A stretch of 64,000 bases of DNA from contig OZ241867.1 of NCBI GenBank assembly GCA_965203175.1, positions 2,848,001-2,912,000 on the forward strand, written 5' to 3'. Source of the stretch: Candidatus Latescibacterota bacterium (GTDB taxonomy: Bacteria; Latescibacterota; UBA2968; UBA8231). A program made the translations under genes and the position numbers. Positions 20,501 through 28,372 of the stretch are shown piece after piece (position 1 is the stretch's first letter; each line of letters starts with the position of its first letter). The notes below the pieces were generated by a model. The model was not told where the DNA came from, ran no database searches, and saw nothing but the letters and a program-made list of their open reading frames with translations.

Positions 20501-20803
20501 ACCGGCATCGGCGGACTCTTTGAGGCCGTGCTCTTGTGGGGACATCATCGGTTTTACTGGTGGCCGTTGCACCCGCTGGGGTTTATCGTCAGCGTTGGCT
20601 GGCTGGCTAATCAGGTGTGGTTTTCGGTGTTCATCGCGTGGGCGCTCAAGTTGGGCATTGTCAAGTGGGGTGGGATGCCGCTCTACGAGCGGGCCAAGCC
20701 CTTTTTCCTAGGGCTGATTTTGGGCGAGGCGACCGCGGCCGGATTGTGGCTGTGCATCGATGGCGTGTTGGAAGAAACCGGGCATTTTCTGTCGTATATG
20801 TGA
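14546..20803 (+). CDS. Giant fusion membrane protein: M28-peptidase-like/PA domain, FtsX/MacB-type permease domains and a C-terminal polytopic DUF6785/6784-like transporter module
   Basis: Signal peptide at ATG 14546. 'LSSLGSRVAGYPGS.QAAEYI' and 'VLVHAYYD' are M28-like. 'NMRRRPLRTGLTL' and 'VYERLREIGIYSSVGL' are FtsX-like. After an acidic linker come many TMs with 'RQWSQHERLAYP' and 'WWPLHPLG'. Confidence 0.75.
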   Translation: MTALIAFLVVFAIGPVAASTGPRAVVEHLSSLGSRVAGYPGSAQAAEYIEGQLQALGLATRRDSFAVVVPMDRGGRLEWEDESVALYAVWPNGVRTSTVPPEGLRVPAIWGGDGNWGDFNGREVAGRVVVLDFASEDAWLKAASLGARAVVFVAAESATTQQAQGKYVQVPLDVPRFWVEGAAGERLRRRLVDGEVEVGLWGRMDWQKRMAYNVWAVVPGKDAGTLRDKTVLVHAYYDAPSVVPARAPGAEAAVSVAALLEVATRLRENPPAHTVILAALSAHFQGRQGMVAFLDRHARRQEHYAARLAEPLDIALFIGLDLSSHGERVVLWNNTDSYALKRFFVPFGRRFTEYAEALGRGEAVANGISPIRGMDWDSYMPGGLAADGELALEAGFPSLTLATVGDARFALDLPLGEKLAWDNVEGQAALVADLLAHALADTALLAGRERLEAVLKDRLRDLRVKARTFPRRSQVPDRPVAGALVAVQVEQEERKGVRDVRYFLTDAAGLARVPGLVQGTYPLVVAVLNAERGTLTHVVNLSKRAQAHHGKPRADGRLAKNVRWLQNEQIAVLFPGVGRPLYGLVEPRLLRALNQVKVLSAAGSEPGQYGYALGSSSIGSVGVIYGPVDATAGDRVKVILDGQFLLLNSEGSQSEAEARGQGFLLIEEGFGSATLQAARDLWNLDAARLGILKEHGIENQRLTRLHAQTATAIAEAEVAAEQLKWDEHVAWSRKALGLETRAYPEVLATLNDVLEGVIFFMALLLPAAFFGERLLFAAADIRRQLAGFGLLLLAIWLILAQVHPAFELAEPLVVLLAFAIMAMAAFVLFMLVSRFNRVMAQHQSQQMRVHTQDLSRLSASYAAFMLGISNMRRRPLRTGLTLATLTLLTFTLLSFTSFEQQIRYASFRLPHAGAYPGILIRDRGWERLTPEALDYAESHFGGSGWMGRRGWYAAEGGKGGWIAVAAAGNAVRATGLLGLTPEEAQITEVDKSLVAGSFFAADDEATCILPLDMAEALGVGVGDQIEVFGRALEVRGIADSERLGELRDLDDESMMPADFVLSSAEMLQLGTAQDVDIASEEELRELRPFIHLKPHHVVLVPYQTLAEAGGSLRSVAVRFPEATDGQALVEDYLTRVAVTLFVSSPAGEVMALSSVGLTAVQGLGALAIPALVAALIVLNAMLGAVYERLREIGIYSSVGLAPLHIALLFVAEACVYAVLGTTLGYLLGQGLGKVLLALGLLQGITLNYSSLAAIGAALAVMGVVLLSTIYPARQAARQAVPDVVRRWRPDPPSGDEWLFEFPFMLGEGEVEGVCGFLANYFGAFGRATLGDFYVEDMQVAQADGYRLSFTLWLAPFDLGVSQEVVVEFASAGARTRAMEVRLRRLSGEHHYWQRLNLRLVEALRKQMLIWYALREAERVQHVESARALAAEQTEERVEEQSGAESPVSFTWRGFAVGALLALCIGVGAPYAIIMLQGSYMALNSSSPGAIFLFFILVVVVNTLLRALGRGLALGRADLVLIYAMMLLASAVPTQAFVGYLIPIISGLYYYATPENNWGDIFFPHVTPWLAPQDRQAIVDLHEGLPPGEGIPWAAWSETLSYWYVFFLVLSFMMLCMSSILHRQWSQHERLAYPMVQLPLKMVEEGRPGSKLGPLFKQRLLWIGFAVPFVLLSLKGLHYYFPAVPLPIQSAGQLPWIGTKLNSHWVYAWIGFFYLVNLDISFSIWFFYLFNKAQEGIFSSLGIASTEKLSLYSYSQTADLTHEVMGACLIFVGYTLWMGRRHLGAVWRKAWRGDPTVDDSGEMLSYRVAFFGFLASLLFVGVWLWASGVPLAILPLFLLVCLIFYVFVTRAVATAGLATARSPMVAAFFVISAVGAPVIGAKGLTALTFTYVWQSEMRLFPMIAAANSLKLAEAVVGSKRRLFWGMALALVVSLAGATWIIFQVCYEHGGINLHPFFMTRQANRTFTDMARPIVDPLPADMRGWLFTGIGGLFEAVLLWGHHRFYWWPLHPLGFIVSVGWLANQVWFSVFIAWALKLGIVKWGGMPLYERAKPFFLGLILGEATAAGLWLCIDGVLEETGHFLSYM

Positions 20804-20925
20804 ATCTGTATATACCTATATATTGTCATTGTATCTATATTTACACATTATGTTGTATATAACGGGGCGGTTCGCTAGCTGTTTAGAGTTTAATCACGTC
20901 AGACACTTAATCGGGAGGATTTATT
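20804..20925 (+). promoter_or_regulatory. AT-rich promoter region of the TonB receptor with three TGTAT(A/C)TA boxes
   Basis: TTGTCA (20823)-17 bp-CATTAT (20846). Boxes at 20807, 20830 and 20854. GGGAGG RBS before ATG 20926. Confidence 0.55.
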
Positions 20926-23598
20926 ATGCGGAGCATGGATGCGGACTTGGCCGGTCTAATGCGCCTATTGGGGACGGCGGCCCTGAGCCTCGTCCTCGTC
21001 AGTTCGCTCGTCATCGGGCAGGCGGCATGGTCCGAGGAAGCTGAGACGGAGGAAGAGGACGAGGAAGGGGCCTATACCGAGGACATCTATCTGATGGAAG
21101 AAGCCATCGTCGTGGGGTCGCGCCACGCGCCGCGCTCGGAGAAGGAGTCGGCCGCGCCCGTAGATGTGCTGAATGCCGACCAACTGCGCACGCAGGCTGC
21201 GGTCGATATGGACGACATGCTGCGCACCCTGGCTCCGTCGTACAATATTCAGCGGCACGGTATTGACGACGAAGCGACCTTGGTGCGCCCGGCCACGCTG
21301 CGGGGCCTGCCGCCGGACAACCTGCTGGTGCTGGTCAACGGCAAGCGCCGCCATCGCTCCGGCGTAATCGCACTGCTGGGCAGTTCGCTCAATACGGGGT
21401 CGCAAGGGCCGGATTTGAGCGTGATCCCGGCCATTGCCTTGACGCAAATGGAACTGCTGCGCGACGGCGCGGCGGCCCAGTACGGATCCGACGCCATCGC
21501 CGGGGTGCTGAATCTGCGATTGCGCGAAGCCTCCGAAGGGGTGCTAATGGAATCGCGAGCAGGCCAGTACTTCGAGGGCGACGGCCGCTTGTCCCAAGTC
21601 GCGGCCAATGTCGGCCTGCCGCTTAGCGAGGACGGTTTTTTCAACGTCAGCGTCGAGTACCGCCAGAGCGATCCAACCATCCGCAGTGGTCAACGCACCA
21701 ATGCGGAGACGCTGAGAAATAGGGGCTATCCTGTCAAAGAGCCGGCGCAGATTTGGGGCAGTCCCGACCTCGACGGCGTGTGGAATACTTTTTTCAACAG
21801 TGGAGTTGATCTCGGCAATGGATCTGAAGCCTATAGCTTCGGTGGCTGGGCCAAGCGCCGCGCCGAAGGAGGCTTTTTCTTTCGCGCTCCGGGTACTTCC
21901 TCGGCGCGCAGCAGCGTATTTCGCATTGGCGATCAGCGGGCCGTAGCCGATCTCGATCCCGACGACGATGTTGATCCTGCGAACTTGGAAGTGCCCTCTC
22001 TGGACGCGCCCTTCCAAGAGGTCGAGGGTTTTGTCGAGCAGTATAAGGACGATCTCTTCCTATTCAACGAGCGCTTTCCCGGTGGTTTTACGCCGCGCTT
22101 TGGAGCCGACATCCTCGATATGAGCTTGGTGGCTGGCCTGCGCAGTGCCCGCTCTGGCGGCCTCAAGTGGGATGCCAGTGTCAGCGCCGCCCGCAGCAAT
22201 ATCGAATTTTTCATCTTCAATACCATCAACGCCTCGCTGGGGCCGGACACGCCGACATCGTTCCGCCCGCGCGACTACATCCAGACCGAAGTCGCGGCCA
22301 ACCTCGACTTCTCCTACGCGATGGAGGTGGGTGGTTTGGCCTCGCCGCTCGGCCTCGCTTGGGGTGCGGAATGGCGCCAAGAGACGTTCGAGTCCGTGGC
22401 TGGCGATGAAGCCTCCTACGTGGTGGGCCCCTTTGCGCCCCAGGGCTTTAGCAGCGGTTCCAATGGCTATCAGGGGCTGCACCCAAGTAACGCCGGCAAG
22501 TGGGATCGCCCCAACTATGCCTTGTACGTGGATTTGCAGGCAGACGTAGTGCCGCAGCTCCAGCTAGGCACGGCCGTGCGCTACGAGGATTTCTACGCCG
22601 ATTTTGGCAATACCCTCAACGGCAAGCTCTCGGCCCTGTTGCGGGCTAGCGACCGGGTCAACCTGCGCTCGACGGTTAGCACTGGGTTCCGCGCTCCGTC
22701 GCCCGGCCAGGCCAATCTCCGCGCCGTGACCACCGGCTTTTCCGGCACCGGCGGCTTGACTGAGCAGGGGCAGGTGCCGCCCACCCATCCCATAGCCGCG
22801 GCCTTGGGCGGTGAGGAACTGACTGAGGAGAAGTCCGTGGGATTTTCCGTCGGCACCGCCATGGAACTCACCGACGATTTCGATCTGACCCTCGACTACT
22901 TCGCCATTGACATCGAGGACCGCATCGCCCTGACCGGAAATATCAAGATCACCGACCAAATCGCCCAGATCATCCGGGACGATGAATCCCTCCAGGGCGT
23001 CAGCGTCCTCCAAGAGGTCAAGTTCTTCTCCAATGACTTTGATACCCGCACCCAGGGTATTGACTTGGTGCTGTCGTGGACGCGGACGTGGAACCCCCAA
23101 TCCCTGTCTCACATCGATGTCGCCTATAACTGGACCCGGACCACGCTTGAGGACTTTTCGCAAGAGCGGACAAGAGACGAATTTCTGGGCAAACCCTTGG
23201 ACGAACCGATCAAATTCAAACTGATGACGCCCCGGCGCGAGGTGGAACTGGAGGAAATGAACCCCGAGCACCGCTTGGTGGTTACCGGCAGTCACCAAAT
23301 GGGCGCTTGGAGCGGTATGCTGCGGCCCAGCTACTTCAGCGCTTGGAAAGCCTGCCGCTTCCAAGACAACAGTTGCGGTGATCTCGACGCCTTTGACGGA
23401 GGCGTCATTGTCGATGCCGAAATAGGCTATGCCTTTGGCGATAGCTATCAGTTGAGCTTGGGGGCGCAGAATATTTTAGACTCAGTGCCCGAAACCGCGC
23501 CCGAAGAGACCGCAGGCCAGGGCAATCTGCGCCCGGAAAGCACGCCTTGGGATTACAATGGTGCTTTCTGGTACACGCGCTTATTTGTGGAATTTTAG
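20926..23598 (+). CDS. TonB-dependent receptor
   Basis: Signal peptide, 'EEAIVVGSR', plug 'LRGLPPDNLLVLVNGKRRH', 'ELLRDGAAAQYGSDAIAGVLN', 'STGFRAPS' and a terminal Phe (FVEF). Confidence 0.95.
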   Translation: MRSMDADLAGLMRLLGTAALSLVLVSSLVIGQAAWSEEAETEEEDEEGAYTEDIYLMEEAIVVGSRHAPRSEKESAAPVDVLNADQLRTQAAVDMDDMLRTLAPSYNIQRHGIDDEATLVRPATLRGLPPDNLLVLVNGKRRHRSGVIALLGSSLNTGSQGPDLSVIPAIALTQMELLRDGAAAQYGSDAIAGVLNLRLREASEGVLMESRAGQYFEGDGRLSQVAANVGLPLSEDGFFNVSVEYRQSDPTIRSGQRTNAETLRNRGYPVKEPAQIWGSPDLDGVWNTFFNSGVDLGNGSEAYSFGGWAKRRAEGGFFFRAPGTSSARSSVFRIGDQRAVADLDPDDDVDPANLEVPSLDAPFQEVEGFVEQYKDDLFLFNERFPGGFTPRFGADILDMSLVAGLRSARSGGLKWDASVSAARSNIEFFIFNTINASLGPDTPTSFRPRDYIQTEVAANLDFSYAMEVGGLASPLGLAWGAEWRQETFESVAGDEASYVVGPFAPQGFSSGSNGYQGLHPSNAGKWDRPNYALYVDLQADVVPQLQLGTAVRYEDFYADFGNTLNGKLSALLRASDRVNLRSTVSTGFRAPSPGQANLRAVTTGFSGTGGLTEQGQVPPTHPIAAALGGEELTEEKSVGFSVGTAMELTDDFDLTLDYFAIDIEDRIALTGNIKITDQIAQIIRDDESLQGVSVLQEVKFFSNDFDTRTQGIDLVLSWTRTWNPQSLSHIDVAYNWTRTTLEDFSQERTRDEFLGKPLDEPIKFKLMTPRREVELEEMNPEHRLVVTGSHQMGAWSGMLRPSYFSAWKACRFQDNSCGDLDAFDGGVIVDAEIGYAFGDSYQLSLGAQNILDSVPETAPEETAGQGNLRPESTPWDYNGAFWYTRLFVEF

Positions 23599-23620
23599 TG
23601 CGGAAATTACCTGCCTCGCA

Positions 23621-23663
23621 GCGGCCTAGGGCGACGTAGCAACGGCAAGTTGCCCTAGGCCGC
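23621..23663. terminator. Stem-loop between convergent genes (probable bidirectional terminator or RNA-stabilising hairpin)
   Basis: GCGGCCTAGGGCGAC (23621-35) pairs with GTTGCCCTAGGCCGC (23649-63), a 15-bp stem with one G-U pair. No strong U-tract. Confidence 0.6.
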
Positions 23664-23671
23664 CGAACTCC

Positions 23672-25126
23672 TCAACAGCGCACCACATCCTCGACGGCTG
23701 CGACTGGCAGGGTGTCTTCGTGCAGGGGCTGCACTGTTTGTCCCCACGCCGTCAGAAGATGCATATCCCGCGTCAGTTCAGTGCAGCGCTGGGCTACCTG
23801 CTCTGGATCCCAACCAGCGTAGAGTTGGTCGAGCAGCTCTTGCCGCAGGGCAGCGTAGGCACCAGCGCTGCCCAAGTCGTTCCATTCCCCTGGGTCGTCT
23901 GCTAGATTGAACAAAGCCGGTGGGGTGTCGTCGTGGTATTTGTAGAGTTTCCACGGTCCCTGCCGGATCATGCGCGAAGGAGGATCGCCGCGCGAGGGCC
24001 CCAATTCGCTGAGGGTAGTATCGGGGCGGGCATTATCTGCGTGACCCTGTAGTTCGCGCCACAGAGAATGGCCGTCTCCCGCGGGCAGGGGCTCGCCGCC
24101 GGCCACTTCTACGGCGGTGGGTGCCCAATCGAGCAAATTGCACAGCACGGGGTTTTCCACGCCCGCTGGTATCACGTCGGGCAAACGGGCGATGAAGGGA
24201 ACGCCGACCGAGCCTTCGTAGTAGTTGCTCTTCCACCAGCAGCCGTGCTCGCCGGCCATCTCGCCGTGGTCGCTGGAGTAGATCACCAACGTATTGTCGC
24301 GCAAGCCGGTCTCGTCGAGTTTGTCGAGGAGTTGGCCGACTTTGCGGTCGAAGTATTCGCACAGACCAAAATAGGCCGCTCGCGCCACGCGGATGCGCTC
24401 TTCGGGCAGGGGTTCGTCGATGAGGCGGCGCTTTTTGAAATTAGTCACTGCCGCTGGCTCTCTGGTCGGGTCGGGTTGCGGCACATCGACGCGGTCGTAG
24501 TAATAATCGTAGAGATCCTTGGGGGCGAAGAATGGGCAGTGTGGCAGCACAAAGCCCGCTACTGCGGCAAAGGGCCGGTCGGGCGTTTGCGCCTTTTCCT
24601 CCAAATAGGCGCAAGCCGCCTCGGCGACTCGGTCGTCAAAGGCTTGGTACGTAGTGCGGCCGTACCCGGCTATTTCTACACATTCACGAGTCTGGCCCGA
24701 CGTGCTGGAGGGAATGTTCTTGAACAGCGGCCCGCCCTGTTGGGCTGCACCCGGATGTCGGGCGGTGTGCTCGCCGATGGGCCGGCGCTCAAAGCCGTGG
24801 CGCTGGTCGGGGCCGACAAAGTGCATGCGGCCAAGCAGCGCGGTCTCGTATCCAGCCGCGCCCACGGCGTGAGCCCAAGTCGGCAGCGCCGAGTTGAGGA
24901 TGTGGTCGTTGCCCCAGACTTGGTTGGCGCTGGGCCGCCGCCCGGTCATAAAGGCCATGCGCGCTGGCGCGCACAAAGGCGAGGGAGTGTACGCATTGGC
25001 AAAGCGCATGCCCTCGCTGGCCAAGCGGTCGAGGTGCGGGGTGCGCACCAGTGGGTCGCCGTAGCAGCCGAGGTGGAATTTGCTGTGCTGGTCGGAGAGG
25101 ATGAAGAGGATATTGGGTCGGGCCAT
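23672..25126 (-). CDS. Formylglycine-dependent sulfatase (choline-sulfatase-like, family S1)
   Basis: 'RPNILFILSDQH', CAPAR (CxPxR) followed by 'MAFMTG', 'GRMHF' and 'SSDHGEMAGEHG.WWK'. ATG 25126 (alternative GTG 25156). Confidence 0.93.
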   Translation of the reverse strand: MARPNILFILSDQHSKFHLGCYGDPLVRTPHLDRLASEGMRFANAYTPSPLCAPARMAFMTGRRPSANQVWGNDHILNSALPTWAHAVGAAGYETALLGRMHFVGPDQRHGFERRPIGEHTARHPGAAQQGGPLFKNIPSSTSGQTRECVEIAGYGRTTYQAFDDRVAEAACAYLEEKAQTPDRPFAAVAGFVLPHCPFFAPKDLYDYYYDRVDVPQPDPTREPAAVTNFKKRRLIDEPLPEERIRVARAAYFGLCEYFDRKVGQLLDKLDETGLRDNTLVIYSSDHGEMAGEHGCWWKSNYYEGSVGVPFIARLPDVIPAGVENPVLCNLLDWAPTAVEVAGGEPLPAGDGHSLWRELQGHADNARPDTTLSELGPSRGDPPSRMIRQGPWKLYKYHDDTPPALFNLADDPGEWNDLGSAGAYAALRQELLDQLYAGWDPEQVAQRCTELTRDMHLLTAWGQTVQPLHEDTLPVAAVEDVVRC

Positions 25127-25217
25127 AGGTGAGCTACTCTCGGTACCTACTGTCACTTTAGTTCGTTCATTCGAACAAGGGTGTGAAAGTTAGAAAAAAA
25201 TGAGAGGAAATGCACTT

Positions 25218-26843
25218 CTACGGTTCTTCGACTCGCAGGACCTGATCGACGGTGACGTTTTCGAGGGTCTGTACTTGACCGGAGGGCCACGTGATTTCGA
25301 CGCGGGCACGGGTGGCCGTTCCCAAGCCGAAGTGGAGCCGCGGGTCGTGGCTGGCCAAGTAGCTGCCGCCCGATTGGCGCTCCTGGGTCTGCCGGACGCC
25401 GCCAGCGGTGACGGCCACGCGGGCACCGAGGGCGTCGGGATGGGTCCGGCCGGTGAGGAAGATTTGCAGCCAGTGGTGGCGGTGGCCACTGTCGTTGCGC
25501 AACAGGCGCGGTGGAGCGGCCACGGTGGTGACTAGCAGGTCGAGATCGCCGTCGTCGTCGTAGTCGGCCACGGCTGTGCCGCGCCCGACATTGGCTTGAG
25601 CGAAGGCTGGTCCCATACTGGCAGAGACGTCGGCGAAGTGTTGGCCGTCCTCGTTGCGGAATAGCTGATTGGTCTGGCGGTAGGTCTGGGTCGAGTCCCA
25701 TTCGGCGACCACGTCCATGACGTGTCCGTTGGCGACAAAGAGGTCGAGGTCGCCGTCCAAGTCGTAGTCGAAAAAGCGGGTGCCAAAGCCGAGGGGCCGG
25801 AGCGAGGCCTCACCCAGTCCGAGCCGCCCAGAGGCAATGGTGAACTGGCCTTGGCCGTCGTTTTGGTAGAGCGTGTTGGTCTCAAAGGCAAAATTAGTGA
25901 CGAAAAGGTCCATGTCGCCATCGCGGTCGTAATCGCCGAAGTCAGTGCCCATGCCGGCCTCGGCGTGGCCGTGCTCGTCGTAGCGGGTGCCGGCCGCCTG
26001 ACCGACCTCGGCGAAAGTGCCGCGCTGATTCTCGTAGAGAAAGTTCATCGTCCCGTCGTTGGCCACGTAGAGATCGGTATCGCCGTCCAAGTCGTAGTCG
26101 GCAAACGCTACGCCGAGGCCGCGGCCCTCTAAGGTGATGCCGGCGGGGTCGCTGACGTCGGTGAAGCGGTCGCCGTCGTTGCGGTAGAGGATGTCGCCGA
26201 TTGGGGAATAGGCGGCCGGCTCGCAGTAGGAACGGGTCTTGCCGACCTTGCAGACGATATTGGCGTCGAGGCGGAAGTGAACGTAGTTGGCGACGAAGAG
26301 GTCGAGGTCGCCGTCCAAGTCGTAGTCGAAAAAGCCGGCGCTGGTACCCCAGCGTGGGTCTTCGACGCCGACCCCATTGCGGGCGAAGGTACCGCTGTCA
26401 TTGCGATAGAGGGCGTTGGGCCCGTAGTTGGCGACGAAGAGGTCCTGATCGCCATCGCCGTCGTAGTCGGCGGCCGCAACTCCGAAGCCGTAGCCCGGGT
26501 CGGCTGCGGCGGTGGGGCCGCTGGCGTTGTGGAAGGTTCCTTGGCCCTGATTTTGGTAGAGGTGATTGCGCGGCAAGGGGTCGGGGGGGAGTCCTTTTAG
26601 GTAGGTGCCGTTGACTAGGTAGAGATCGAGGTCCCAATCGCCGTCGTAGTCGAGGAAGGCGGCCCCACCGCCGAATGTTTCGACGTAGTAGTACTCCCCG
26701 GAAAAGCCATTGAAGTGGGTAAAGTCCAAGCCAGCGTCCCGGCCGACATCGACAAAGTGGATCGGGGCAGCGGGCGCAGGAGGCTCAGCGGTGCAGCCGC
26801 TCAACAGCGCGAGGGCGGCCAGCCAAGGCCACGAAGTACTCAC
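25218..26843 (-). CDS. CRTAC1-family lipoprotein (FG-GAP/VCBS repeats plus an ASPIC/UnbV domain)
   Basis: Lipobox LLSGC, repeated DYDxDGDLDLFVAN motifs and the C-terminal 'GGSYLASHDPRLHFGLG...ITWPSG'. Confidence 0.92.
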   Translation of the reverse strand: MSTSWPWLAALALLSGCTAEPPAPAAPIHFVDVGRDAGLDFTHFNGFSGEYYYVETFGGGAAFLDYDGDWDLDLYLVNGTYLKGLPPDPLPRNHLYQNQGQGTFHNASGPTAAADPGYGFGVAAADYDGDGDQDLFVANYGPNALYRNDSGTFARNGVGVEDPRWGTSAGFFDYDLDGDLDLFVANYVHFRLDANIVCKVGKTRSYCEPAAYSPIGDILYRNDGDRFTDVSDPAGITLEGRGLGVAFADYDLDGDTDLYVANDGTMNFLYENQRGTFAEVGQAAGTRYDEHGHAEAGMGTDFGDYDRDGDMDLFVTNFAFETNTLYQNDGQGQFTIASGRLGLGEASLRPLGFGTRFFDYDLDGDLDLFVANGHVMDVVAEWDSTQTYRQTNQLFRNEDGQHFADVSASMGPAFAQANVGRGTAVADYDDDGDLDLLVTTVAAPPRLLRNDSGHRHHWLQIFLTGRTHPDALGARVAVTAGGVRQTQERQSGGSYLASHDPRLHFGLGTATRARVEITWPSGQVQTLENVTVDQVLRVEEP

Positions 26844-28372
26844 AGCAGATGCGCCAAGATCACGGCGAGCAATAAGCCGAGCGAGACCCAGCCAAGCAGG
26901 ATTTGGACGCTGGCGAGGAGTTTGAGCTTGCCAGTCGCGTACCAGGGGTAGGGATCGGTTCGGGTGAAGGCGTGGATGCTGAAGCGTATGCAGTCGGCGA
27001 GGGTGGGGTGTTCATCGCCGTTGACGGACTGCAAGATACTAGGGACCAGCCGATAGATCAGCGCCCAAAGGAGGATGCTGCCGAGGATGCAGAGGACGAG
27101 TTGTAGTGGGGAGGTGCCGTAGCGCGAACAGAGATTCCACAACTCTAACGTCCAACGTTGGGGCACGGCCCAGCTAAGGGCGCGGCGCTGGCGGTCTAGA
27201 CGCTCGACCTCGCAGGCTACAGCGTCGTCTTTTAGCCCTTGGGCGAGGAAGTGATGCCGCAGGCTGTTGTAGGCCGGGTCGAGTGCGGCGACCAACGTCG
27301 AGTCCGTAGTGGCTAGGCGGTGGCGCATGTGCGCCCAGCGGACGCGGAGGAGATCAAAATAGGCTTGCTGCAAGTAGAGTTGGGCGCTTGCGGCAAAGGT
27401 CGAATCGGCTTGGGCACTTGGGTGCAGATCGAGGGTGCCGATAGCGGCGCGGCGCAGGTCGAGGGTGCGGTTGAAAAAGGAATTGAAACGCAGGGTCCGC
27501 GCTTGGACGCCGCTAAAATCGGCTTCTTTGCGGAAGTAGCTGCCGCCAAAATCCGCGCGGGCAAAGTCCGCATCGGCGAAGTGGGCGGCTTGGGCAAAGG
27601 TGAAGTCGGCGAAATGAGCTTGGTCGGCGAAGGTGGCTCGGTTGAAAGAAATCTCCCCGTCGGCGCGGGCCGCGGCAAAGTCGGCCGCGGCGAAAAACTG
27701 GGTTCGCCAGAAGAGGGCGCGTTCGGCAAAGCGGGCACCGGCAAAGGAAGCCGGGCCATTCCAACGGGCGTCCTTGAAGGAGGCTACGCCGGCAAAGCGG
27801 GCGTCGGCAAAGTCGGTCTGGCCGGCGAAGTGAGTGCCTTCAAAGTAGGCAGCGGTCGCAAAATGGGTGCGGACGAAGCGGGTGGCAGCGGCGAAACGGG
27901 CGTTGATAAACGAATTGGGACCAGCGAAATCGCCGTCGGTAAAGTCGGCGTCGGCACCGAAGACGGCCTGTTTGAAATTGAGGTGCTTGCCAGACCGGCT
28001 TGCGCGCAGGCCGAATGCGCTGTGGAAATGGGCATTTGTTAGCGAGAGACCGTTGGCGAATGTGGTGCGCTCACCTTGCACCGGACCGAGGAAGACCACG
28101 TTGTTGAGGGTGACCTCGTCTAAGAAAAAGACATCGTCGAACTGGAGAGAGGCGCGCACGGTGTCGAGACCGGCAGTTGGAGCGTAGAGCGGGCCGACGA
28201 CAGCGGTGGCGCGGAGGTGGATCGGCTCTTGTGCCCGTTGTAGCCTCGAGAGCAAGTCAGCCGCCGGAAGCAGGGCATAGGTCTGGTCGGCGATGGTGGT
28301 GTCGGCGCGGTCAGCGCGTGCGCCAAGCGGTATTAGGAGGAGGCAGCAAAGCGCCCACAGGGGGGTGACCAT
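26840..28372 (-). CDS. Pentapeptide-repeat protein with a C-terminal ion-channel-like two/three-TM module
   Basis: Tandem A.F..A.F.. repeats, then 'RYGTSP' followed by hydrophobic helices. Overlaps both neighbours (translational coupling). Confidence 0.8.
   Translation of the reverse strand: MVTPLWALCCLLLIPLGARADRADTTIADQTYALLPAADLLSRLQRAQEPIHLRATAVVGPLYAPTAGLDTVRASLQFDDVFFLDEVTLNNVVFLGPVQGERTTFANGLSLTNAHFHSAFGLRASRSGKHLNFKQAVFGADADFTDGDFAGPNSFINARFAAATRFVRTHFATAAYFEGTHFAGQTDFADARFAGVASFKDARWNGPASFAGARFAERALFWRTQFFAAADFAAARADGEISFNRATFADQAHFADFTFAQAAHFADADFARADFGGSYFRKEADFSGVQARTLRFNSFFNRTLDLRRAAIGTLDLHPSAQADSTFAASAQLYLQQAYFDLLRVRWAHMRHRLATTDSTLVAALDPAYNSLRHHFLAQGLKDDAVACEVERLDRQRRALSWAVPQRWTLELWNLCSRYGTSPLQLVLCILGSILLWALIYRLVPSILQSVNGDEHPTLADCIRFSIHAFTRTDPYPWYATGKLKLLASVQILLGWVSLGLLLAVILAHLL

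Noticed and set aside
25500-28050. Recurrent short DNA repeats (e.g. GTCGCCGTCCAAGTCGTAGTCG; GGCAAAG/GGCGAAG) as a CRISPR or satellite
   Set aside because: They are explained by FG-GAP and pentapeptide protein repeats. Spacing is irregular and there are no cas genes.
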